This document shows, piece after piece, positions 51,406 through 62,487 of a stretch of 64,000 nucleotides of DNA. A program made the translations under genes and the position numbers. Location of the stretch: positions 1 to 64,000 of the forward strand of contig JBEWZL010000115.1 in NCBI GenBank assembly GCA_045837725.1, written 5' to 3'. Position 1 is the stretch's first letter; each line of letters starts with the position of its first letter. This DNA is from Vermamoeba vermiformis. Its lineage: Eukaryota. The notes beneath the pieces are model-generated. The model had not been told where the DNA came from, ran no database searches, and saw nothing but the letters and a program-made list of their open reading frames with translations.

Positions 51406-52816
51406 ATGGAGATCGGTGAATTGGCCCAATTGTTTGAGCTTGGATCGCAGCTGTTTTCATTAGGAAAAGACGACGAAGCATTAAAAACGTTCGAAAAGGC
51501 CCTGAGTTTATCACAACAGCATGGAGATAAGGTAACAATTGAGGTGTCACATATTTAATTAAAATGATTATTTGTCAATTTGAAAAAATCAATATAATTA
51601 GAGCGACTTACCATTCGTAGACAAATATTGTTATATTTACGAACAACAATCCCGTATTTTTTTGCTGTATTAATAACTGAGATCCACTGTAGGAAAGCGA
51701 AGCTAACGTACTCGTCAGCTTAGGCATGCTTCATTATTCGCAAGGAGATTTTGAAAAGAGTCTTCAGCACCATCAGAATTCAGCGAAAGTATTCAAAGAG
51801 GTAAGAGCTCTTCGTTACGATTGAAATGTTGCTGATCCGTTCAATGTCAGTTAAGTAACGAGCAACAGCTGGGGCAAGCACTTAAAACAATAGGCGTGAT
51901 TCAATTAGGACTGGGATTTGTAGACAAAGCAGTGCATGTATTAAACATCGCACAGACTTTGGCGACAAAAACAAACGACCAAGAGACACTAGGCGAAATT
52001 GACGATGCACTCAAAAGAGCCAATCGATTCACAAATATAATGACACAAAAAGTACGTTATTGGTTTGTTTATTACCTCTAACAGCTGCTACAGAAATTAG
52101 AACAGCCAATTAATGGTATAAAACGAAGTCTCGGTTCACCAAGTCAATTGAAGAACAAACGAGCCGTGTCTATTGTCACATCACCAATGAACAATGACGA
52201 GAACAGTGAGCGTAAGTACAGCGACCCTAAATCGAGTGGCCGGTTACATTGTTTAACACGTGTCATCTTCAACTAACGACATTTTCAACGCAGAACGAGC
52301 AGCAATCGAGGAACTTTTTTTAGAAGGAGTTGAGCACTTCGATGAACAGCACTTTGAACAAGCAATCATCTTATTTGAACGGGCCCTAGCATTGGCGCAG
52401 AAGATTAACGATTCTGTCAAACAAGCGGATCTACTCACGAACATTGCCGGGGCTTATTATTGCATGGAACCGTTTGGAACAGTGTAAGTATTGATTACGA
52501 TTCAGGGTTTGTTGCAAAGGATCGAATATGTACATATACTTTCTGAAACAATTTGTAACGTGTTATAATTAGGGAGCCCAAAGTCATGCATTTGTATCAA
52601 CAAGCAATGAACATTTATCACACCGCAAAGAATTTGAAGGGCGAGGCACGCGTGCTGCGGAACTTGGGCAATGTGTTTTTGAACCTCGCAAACAACAAAC
52701 TCGCTGCTGAAGTGCTGTCTACTGCCGTGCAATTAGCTCGCGAGGCAGGTGATAGTAATGCTGAACAATCGGCACTAGAATTGTATAATAGGGCCAATCA
52801 GAGAATGAATTTTTAG
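51406..52816 (+). CDS. TPR protein with two similar TPR modules
   Basis: ALKTFEKALSLSQ..GD..EANVLVSLG; FERALALAQKIND..QADLLTNIA; GEARVLRNLGNVF. Confidence 0.85.
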
Positions 52817-53075
52817 ATAGATCCGAAAAAATTTATTAGAACACACTCTGTCCTGGTCTGTTCTTGGTTCCTGCACGCGTGAATTTGACATTTAAAAGGC
52901 TGATCAAATCTAAGAGAACGTCGCGTGAAATTTAGAAGTCACTTTGCCTAATTTAGTAATTAATAACCAAGGCTCGCGACGGCTCCTCAGTGCTGGTACT
53001 TAAAATGATCGTAATCGATTGGTCATTCTAACAATTACTACAAATTCAACAACACAACTAATACAGCAGCTAGCC

Positions 53076-53715
53076 ATGGGCAATTATTTTTCAAACAAGC
53101 CGATTAAATCTGACTTGAGCGTTGTCGATAATGTCGATTTGACGCGTTATATTGGCAAGTGGTACGAAATTGCACGAGTACCTATTCCGTTCGCAGAGCC
53201 TGAGCACTCAAAGAACGTGATCGAGACTTACACTTGGAACAAAGACGATCCGACTGTTATTGATGTCCGCACTGACATGGACGTCCATGGAAAGCACAAA
53301 GTAATCACTCAGAAGTTGTGGTCTGTTTCCAGCTCGAATTCTAAGCTCAAGGTAAGCGTAATTATTATTGCAACAAATTTGAGTTAATTTTTATGCGCTC
53401 GAACTTGTTTCTGAGTGCTCATAAAATGGTCAATATATTTAAGAAAGTGTGTAATAATTAGTATAATTACAGGTACAATTTTTCTGGCCCACGAAATTGG
53501 ATTACTGGATTTTGGAATTAGATGCCAATTATCAATGGGCTGTAGTGGGTCATCCAAATCGCAAATATGCTTGGATCTTGAATAGACAGCCTAAGATGGA
53601 GCGTGGTACTTACGAGACATTGACCGGCCTGTTAGAACGAAAACACGGATTTAGTGTAAAGGATCTTCAAATGACTCCTCAAGATGAGCGCCTTGATAAT
53701 CCTCAAGAGGCATAA
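53076..53715 (+). CDS. Lipocalin (Blc/ApoD/TIL-like)
   Basis: VDLTRYIGKWYEIAR; KLKVQFFWP..DYWILELDANYQWAVVGHPNRKYAWILNR. Confidence 0.92.
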
Positions 53716-53867
53716 ATATGGTACATTTGTGTTCTTGAGAATCGATGTATATAATTTATGTAAATAAACTGTCGATTTGTGCAGGAAAAAAAATTTTGTT
53801 TCTGGATGCATTTGAAATCAAAATCCTTCGCTGATACCTCAATTAATTCAGCGTATCTTGTATATCA

Positions 53868-56418
53868 ATGAAGTATTTAATTATAGCAAGCTTATTGCTG
53901 TATTGTCTGGCGCGTGCTGCGCGATACCAGCCGAACTGGGATTCGCTAAATTCAAGGACTAATCCTGAATGGTATGACGATGCGAAATTTGGAATATTTA
54001 TTCATTGGGTATGTATAATATACAATTAGTGTTGCTACAAGATTTGTTAGCATTAAATTATGAAAAATTTTGCAAATCTACAACCTGTGTTTGACACGAC
54101 AATATCATCAATCGCATTATTAACATTACTAAAAATTAGGGTGTATATTCCGTACCATCGTGGGGTAATTATCAATTTCGGATCTGATTTTTCAAATTCA
54201 GTAAAATTAAAGTACTTTGAACTACAGCGCCAGTCGGTACTTACGAAGAGTGGTATTGGATGTGGCTCGAACAAGATATTGCAGCTGGTAATGGCTCAGT
54301 ACTACAATTTCATCGCGAGAACTACGGCCTTAATTTTGAGTATCAAGGTACATCCGCCTTAAACGCAAGTACTTCGCTAATTCATATTGCTGCTAGATTT
54401 CGCTCCTATGTTTAGAGCAGAATTATTTGATCCTAATTATTGGGCCTATATTCTTGCCAAATCCGGAGCCAAGTATGTCGTGCCTACATCCAAGCATCAC
54501 GTAAGTACAGCGTCTAATAATACTTCTTTTATATACAACTGATGATTTTACTATAGGAAGGCTTTACTCTTTGGAAATCAGCTCAAAGCTGGAACTGGAA
54601 TGCAGTTGACAACGGACCTCATCGAGATCTGCTCAAGTACGCTTAATGCATTTACAGTGTAATTACAGGCCATTAACACGAGTTACAGGGACATGCTCGA
54701 CGCGGTAGAGGCACAAGGACTGCACCGTGCCTTGTACTTCTCGCTGTACGAGTGGTTCAATCCTCTCTATCGCGGTCCTCGCCCGCACGATTACGTCGAG
54801 CAGGTCATGTTGCCGCAACTGTACGACGTCGTCACTAATTACAGACCTGGTATGATTGCTGCTATAGTGTTGTAGGTATCAAGTAGACTAACTTCCACGA
54901 TCAGACTACATCTTCGCTGATGGTGAATGGGAGCACTCGTCAGGTAAAGACATCGCATTCACAGTGTAAAACAAATGCTTATTGTGAGACAGAGTTCTGG
55001 AACAGCACTGACTTCATCGCGTGGTTGTACAATGTAAGCACATTCGCTGTTGACGGCGCTGCTTTTTTTGGTTGACACTTTGACTCGTAGGACTCGCCTG
55101 TCAAAGATTCAGTCGTGGTGAATGATCGCTGGGGCAATGACTGCAAGTAAGTGTCAACATACTCAGTGATGTCTGTGCTAATGATGACTTTAGGGGCAAG
55201 AACGGTGGTGCATTCACAGCCGAATACGATGGTGAAGTGTGGTGGGATCACAAATGGGAAGAGAACTCGGGTGAGTAACGACAAAATTGGAGTTATTCCT
55301 AAACTAGTCTAGTCGCTCAAATACTAACTGTGGCGAGTAGGTCTCGACGTGTTCTCGTTTGGTCTGAACAGAGCCTCTCAACTGGCCAACTATTCCACGC
55401 CGCGCCAAGCACTTCACTTGCTCGTGCGCACTGTCTCCAACGGCGGCAATTATCTGCTGGACTTTGGCCCCACAGCTGATGGGCGCATGCCACTGTTGGT
55501 GCAAGACCGATTGTTGAGCATTGGTGAGTGGTTGGGCGTCAACGGCGATGCAATTTACCGAACACGACCTTGGGGCGTGAGAAATGAACCAGCGCATAAT
55601 CACACGTGGGTCTATTACACGCGCGACAAGCACTCGACTAGCATTGTCTACGCCACATTTTTGAGCTGGAAGTCGAACAATCTGTTGCTCACCGTGCCTG
55701 AGCCTTCGTCGAACACAGTCATCACTTTGTTAGGCCACAACAAGCCCTTGAGCTACAAATACAACGCTTCTGAAGGACTTCACATTACACTGCCACAGTT
55801 GACGTAAGTATCCCCTCGCACATTATGTCGTGCTAATGGTTGCGTAGCCCCGAAGAAATTCCCAGTCGGCACATGTGGTCCCTCAAGTTGACAGGTGTCA
55901 AAGGCTTGCCTTCACTTGTGCCCGTGCAAAACTTCTACAGTCAAAACTTCTCCGACAACGCACTCTGCAGCAACAGCAGCTGTGTTGCATACGTCAAGTC
56001 ACTGCCCAATGGCTTTTACTCCGTGGAGAATTTCGAGGGCATTTTGATGAAAGATAATATCGACGGCACTGTTCCTTTGCACTTGTTCTATTCGAAGCTG
56101 CGCAAGGACTTTGCCTCAGTGACGAACAAGTCGGTATTCAATGGTGACACGAGCTATCAGTACTTGGGCATTCAGGGCTACGTCTACAAGTACCAGACAC
56201 GACCTGGTCTGATTTCACTCGATCTATATTACAACGCGCAGCTCACTGACTTCTTCCTGTTGGGCACTCCCGTAAGTACTGCACTGGTCATGGTTACAGG
56301 GGAGCTAATCTTTTTTCATCAGGAATCAAAGCAGCAAGCACTACAGAGTGGCTACAAATTCGTTGGCACTCAAGGCTGGGCTTTTGGTGGGCCTTATTAT
56401 GACAACATTTTCTTGTAA
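53868..56418 (+). CDS. GH29 alpha-L-fucosidase, secreted, with extra C-terminal repeat domain
   Basis: RYQPNWDSL...[36 protein letters not shown] (nucleophile); [34 protein letters not shown]. Confidence 0.93.
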
Positions 56419-56472
56419 ATAGCTATTAAAGTACTAGTCCTATCTCTAATGCATGTCAGTTGTCCAAAATAT

Positions 56473-58187
56473 TTACACGAGCATTTCCAATGCAATAGTT
56501 ACAACTACAATGACTGTAGCTAGACACACCATGTACTGAAAGAACAACAATGGTGAAAGAATGCGTGTCTGAATGTCAGTCTTGCTCATCTGACAGATGA
56601 CAATCAGACTCAGATTGGTGGGCATTGCAGGCTGTATTAGCAGCACGAACACGAATATAGGGTCGTCTGGTAATATTCCAAGCTTCATCATGATGGTGGC
56701 AATCAGAAAGCCAACTTTCATACAGTGAGAATATGTTCAACACGTAATTGTTGTGTACTTACTGCCTCCCATGATGACGAGTCTAGCCACGACATTCAAC
56801 GCAATGATGAGCGGTGTTAGCTTCTGATCTGTGTCCCCGAGTGATGTACTCAGCTTGGGGCCATAAGCGAGACTAGCACCTAACAAGAGCAGCACACCGG
56901 GCACATTAATCTCGCCTAGTAAGCATTAGCTCGCGTGTGAATTAACTGGCCCTCGTACCCATCATGCTGAGCGAGTCGATGATGAATGACAGAGGCGCAT
57001 TGGCTCCAAACAACAGTCGTTGAAGTGGTGGAATAACCACAATGAATATCGCGACTAGCACTGCGATGAAATTGGGATTGAAGACCTATGAATGACGTAT
57101 TACAATCACGATGGCGGTGAGAGCACTTAACGGTACTTTTGTTCGCTCACCTGTTTGAACTGAGGGCTCTGCATCGCCGTGAAGAGCTGTTTGTACCACG
57201 TGCGTGCGCCGTAAGTGATGACGCTGCCGTCAGGTAATGTGTTGACATTAGGACTCGTCGCCTCATCGATGTTATTCTCGTCTTGTTCGTTCTCTGAAAT
57301 GACACTGCTGTCATCGAGTGACACGCTGACACTTGTCACACCTGCAGGGGTTTGAGACCCTTCTTCGATGTTGCTCGTGGCTGACACACTGTCATCTAAC
57401 TTCTTGTGCTTCAAATCACTTTCTAATTATGATATTAATGGTAAGCATTGTAGTTGAATGCTAATAGCTTAACGTACCCATTTCAGCGTGGCTTTTGCTA
57501 AGGTAATTGTAGCCCCAAGTCCACATAAATGTCGCCATAATCGACATGTACATGCCTACATAGGCAATACCACGTGTGCCCGCTGTTTTGTCGTCTGAAA
57601 AGGGTGCAATGTCCTTGGCCTGATCGGTGTCAGTGCCCGTTCATTAAAGAGGATTTTATGGACTTACAATTGCAATTACGATGACCAATGGTATGCTAGT
57701 AGTATTGTTAAACACTAGACTGGCTATAAACACCTTCCTAATGTCTTTCTCGATTTTAAAAACTGACGAACGAGTTAGATCTTATCAGCCATTAAACGAG
57801 CCACTTACTTTTGCATATTAAGAAGCCAACAGTGTATGCGAGACCTACAATAATTGGAGGAAAAATAATGATTGGCCAGCTCTGTAGCATGTGATGCAAA
57901 CTAATGCCTCCGATCGACACAAAAATCAAGCACGGCGAAAAGACATTGAATATCAACTGCATGTGAATATTAGCTAATTATAAAATGAATTATTAAACAT
58001 GTATCATGAAGAGGAAATTTAGCCAAATATTTTAACCAAAATGGGATCTGCCCTCTACCTTGCTTAGTGCAGTGCGTATGTGAGGATTGAGCAGGTCAGA
58101 TCTTTCTAAAATTATTCCGGTGGCTGCTACAATAGCTGCTTTAATCACAGCCAATGATGAGTATCTCGCAATCGCCAGTGCGCTCAT
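56473..58187 (-). CDS. Auxin-efflux-carrier family (PILS/Mem_trans) transporter
   Basis: LIFNVFSPCLIF; FNNTTSIPLVI; RGIAYVGMY...WTWG; FNPNFIAV; VPGVLLLLGASL; DPIFVFVLLIQPAMPT. Confidence 0.88.
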
Positions 58188-58404
58188 TTACGCGTTCGCA
58201 CCGCACAAATAAATAAATAAATAATATATATATTACAAATGGTGAACTATGCACATCAGGTGTTGTTATTGTGGCTCGAATGGAAAAAAGATGTCAAATT
58301 AATAATTCCACATTTAAACACACGACAGCACCGTACTACATGCAACGAATTTACTTTGCTATATACAATTAAACATTATGTACACCTAGACTGCATTGAG
58401 CCGA

Positions 58405-59669
58405 TTACCTGCGCGCCACATACATGCGTGCACCAAAAGCCACCAAGGCCAAGAAACCAGCGCCGAGTGCGAGTCTGAACAAGAAGCCAATGATGCCAAA
58501 TATCAGCCACACAAAGAACGCAATGCCTGTGCCCACAATCACGTGATTGCCTCGCAGCCAAGTCGGTGCGTATTGTGACACTTGAATGAAAGTGGGATTG
58601 TTGCGCAGAATGGCCATCAAATTGTCCGTCAGCTGCACGAGCCGAGGATTGCCGAGCATGGAGGGACCAGTGACGAGTGACCAGAACATGGTGAGGTACG
58701 CGAATAGGACGAAGGGCGAGGTGGGATTAACGGCCACTTGCGGCATCACTGGGGCCCCAGTCTGGTCACGTGTTAATATCAAATAATTATAGCGCGGCAC
58801 TAGCTCGTACCTGCATTTGCGTGCTGTGCGGACGAGTTCTGAGCGCGGTATTAGAGCTGGGATACAATGGAGTGCCAGCTGGTTGTGCGGGTGGAAGTGT
58901 CACTGAGGGCTGTGGCTGCACTGGTCTGCCGCTCAGTCTCTCGGCCTCGTGTCGTGCCTTGTGTTCGTAGTAGTGAATGCTCGGCAACTAGAATCAAGTT
59001 AAATGTCAGTTCTATTCTTATTCTTGCAACTAGTCCTAAGAATTGACACGCGTACCTGTGCCCCGCAATATTCACACGTCATTGGATAGAACGGACACGC
59101 GCTAGAGTGCGAGTTCATGTCGCGTTTGATCACTGTTGCGCCACAGCCCCACGGACACGCGACTGGAATCATTGTGCACGTAAGCAAATGAGCCTGCAAT
59201 CGTGGAGTGAGTGGTAAGTAGGCGAGCAATAGGTCGTATTCTTACGTCATATTCGCTGTCTAGCATAGATTGAGAACAGTATTGACACGTGAGGCGTGTT
59301 TGTGGCGGCGCTAGGACCTGATCCAGATCCGGTCTTGCGACGAAAGAGTTCACCGTGTGGAATTGCCCACAATTTTTACAATCTACAAGGAAAATGTTGG
59401 AATTATTTTCAAGATATTTGCGGTTCATGACGATGGATTCGAAATTGAAAATAATTTTAAATTGAAAATTAATTCTAAAAGCGTGTAATAATTTACAATA
59501 ATAATTAGGATTAATCCTAATGTAATTTTTTTAACCATAATTTAATCATGCTTTGCTTACTATGAGCTCCCATGACGAGAACACATTCCCAACAGAAATA
59601 TTGACCACAGGGAGATTGCAGCACTTTGGTAGGTCTTTGATGACAATCATAGCACACAATAGGATCCAT
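58405..59669 (-). CDS. RING-like + TRAF-type zinc finger protein with C-terminal TM segments
   Basis: CYDC...CGQYFCWEC...CKNC; CQYC...HLLTC; CPWGC...HSSAC; CEYC...H...H; C-terminal hydrophobic helices. Confidence 0.75.
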
Positions 59670-60120
59670 TACAGAGAAGTTGACTTGCTGCTTGTGGTCT
59701 ACAACTTAAAGACAAAAAATTTATGTGACGTGTACTTTCCGTCGCTCTCTTTCTGTTTCCAAACTCAACAGTATGCAACAAATGTACATATTATTATTTA
59801 TTGTTATTGAGTTCCAAACAATAAGTGTGTGCCTTCATGGATGAAAGTGCAATACGAGACGCAACGTTGTTTAGCCAGATCGCTCGTCTACAGACTTTTA
59901 GATAGACGGCATCTTCATTAAAAATCATGCAGAAGAATTGTGATTGGTTCTTTTTCTGGAAGATGGTTCCAGTGCCGTGAACTGATCTCTCAGCCCGGAT
60001 TCTGGAAGATTTCAATCCAAAAAATATTTAAACCTTTCACAGACCTAATCTTTCATTCCACTTCATCAATTAAACACAACACAACACAAGCTAATAACTA
60101 CTCGTATTAACAACAAACAC

Positions 60121-60981
60121 ATGGCTGCTCAAATTATTGTTCGCAAATCTGAAGACAGAGGTCACGCCGATCATGGCTGGCTCAACACATATCACACCTT
60201 CTCATTTGCTGGCTATTACAGCCGTAAATTTCCTGGTTATAGAAGTCTGCGTGTCATCAACGAAGATCGAGTAGCACGTAAGTATCACGGCTCTAAGCAA
60301 GCTCCCTTTTATAATGTTGTGCAATGTACATAATTATTAACATATTAATATTTAGCGACCGAAGGTTTTGGTGCTCATCCTCACGAAGACTTTGAAATTT
60401 TCTCGTATGTAGTGAGTGGAGCTCTGGCTCATCAAGACAGCATGAAGAACAAAGAACTGATTAAGAGAGGTGATGTTCAGTTCACTAGTGCAGGCTCGGG
60501 TATCTACCACTCGGAATTCAACGGATCTGACAAAGATTGGGTGCATTTCCTGCAAGTCTGGATCGAGCCTCGCCAAGATGGACTGAAGCCCTCTTATACC
60601 ACCAAACACTTCAGCGACGAAGAAAAGAAGAACAAATTGCGCTTGATAATCTCACCTAACGTAAGTGCACTGGATCCGAAGCAATTGTCAGTGACTAACC
60701 TGCCTATCAATCAGAACGAAGATGAATCCATCAAAGTCAATCAAGACAGCAAAGTATACGCCTCTATATTAGAGAAGGGCAATAAGGTCTCGTACAAGCT
60801 GCCTACTTCTCGCTACGGCTACTTGCACTTGATCCAAACCAAAGCCAACGCCGGTCTGAAGCTCAATGGCGTTGAGTTGAAAGAAGGTGACGGCGCATTC
60901 ATTGAAAAGGCCACTGAAGACCTTGTCATCGAGAGCACTGGCGAAGGACCTGCTGAATTCTTGTTGTTCGATTTGTATTAA
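60121..60981 (+). CDS. Pirin family protein (YhhW-like)
   Basis: [59 protein letters not shown]. Confidence 0.95.
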
Positions 60982-61118
60982 AGAAAAAGCATCTACGAAT
61001 TGCTAGTGTACATTATGTAATAAAACAGTTGAACTCTAATTACTAATTAAATAATTTATTGCATGTCTGTTTTGATCTGTAATGACATATGAAACTCAAT
61101 ATGCGTTATATTTTTGCA

Positions 61119-61698
61119 ATGAGCACCAACAACGAGAACTTTACGAATTATTATAGCTTGTTTGGCCTGTCAGAACACGCTACTTATGACGATATTAAGA
61201 AGAAGTACAACATGCTCGCGCTAACACACCATCCAGATCGCAACCAAGGTAAATATTGGACTATTTAGAATAAATACTCCGAATTTTGAATTGCATTTGA
61301 TTTACCGTTTTGGCATTAAAGGAAATGAGAGCGAAATTTTTCAGCGCATCCAGCAAGCGTGGGAAGTGTTGCGCGATCCCCAACAAAAGAAAGCCTATGA
61401 CGCGCAGCTCAAAGGTACATAGTTAATAATGATAATGCTAATATTCGTACTCATACTGGTTGGCGAAGATTTAAACTACAGATCTACGCTTGCCATCAAT
61501 GCAGAGGTAGACTTGGATGATATGACTTACAACGAGGATGAGAAGACATACTATTGGCTATGTAGGTGTGGCAATTATTATCGCATCAGTGAGCAACAGT
61601 TGGAGAACGAGGTGGATGTTGTTCAGTGCTGTGGTTGTTCGTTGGCGATTCGTGTCCTGTATGAGACACAAACTGAGGACGATAATAGCGATAATTAA
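61119..61698 (+). CDS. DPH4: DPH4/DNAJC24 (J-domain + CSL zinc finger)
   Basis: YY..GL...LALTHHPDR...IQQAWEVLRD...YD; VDLDDM...CRCG...CCGCSL. Confidence 0.92.
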
Positions 61699-61885
61699 TG
61701 AATATGTATAATCGTTGCTACTGCCTAAAAGTTCTTGCTGAGGTAAGCCATCCGAATTCTGAATTTATTTTCCAAAGACCAAAAATAATTTTAGCTGTAA
61801 CATAACTTTCTTTATTAGTGATACACGAAAAAATATTAATAATATACTAACAATATTTTAGGATTAAAAGTTATTTCAAGCGTAT

Positions 61886-62136
61886 TTAGTTCAAGCTGTG
61901 GTAAGGCAAGAAGGGCAAAACAAACTTGGGGACCAAGCGGCCGAACAACTTGGCAACAACCAAGGAGAGAACAGCGCTGCCCAAGATCATACCAGCGTTG
62001 GAAGAAGCAACGGGGCCATCTACATAAAAGTCAGAATTTGTTGAGACCAGCCGAAGTGCGTGGCGAACTACATACCAGCCATGGCAATACCGAAGATGGC
62101 GAACAAGCAGGCCAAGAAGAAAACAACTTTTTGCAT
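61886..62136 (-). CDS. 64-aa spliced secreted/membrane micropeptide
   Basis: MQKVVFFLACLFAIFGIAMA|DGPVASSNAGMILGSAVLSLVVAKLFGRLVPKFVLPFLPYHSLN*; one GTATGT...CTGAC...TAG intron; strongly biased codons. Confidence 0.75.
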
Positions 62137-62487
62137 TGTGTGGTGTTTTGTAGAGGTAGAAAATTTAAATGGAGCCAATAAAAAAATATCACTTTTGTCG
62201 CTCACGACGGTTGGGTTAACCCGACGCTGAACTAACTAACCGCGTGCAAAGTACTGCAACAACTAGTAGGTCCAGCAACCACTCTTACTTAGACAACGTG
62301 AAGCTGTGGGCTAACTGAAGTTGCAATTTTTTTTGATCAGGAACAGTTACGAAAAAATCGCAGAGACGGAGAACACAAACAATACGTCTCTTAGCGATAA
62401 ATACACAGACCATCATATTATACACTGAATAAACGTAAACGAGTGGTTCCAAACGGAGCTAACTTTGGATTCGCAGATCCATAAACC

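Noticed and set aside
59700-60015. Upstream coding exons or ORF 59794-60015 for the RING-TRAF gene
   Set aside because: Apparent splice sites exist, but the in-frame path hits TGA with no ATG; more likely a spliced 5' UTR.
62202-62246. Imperfect inverted repeat with GGGTTAACCC upstream of the micropeptide
   Set aside because: Single short instance that cannot be distinguished from chance.
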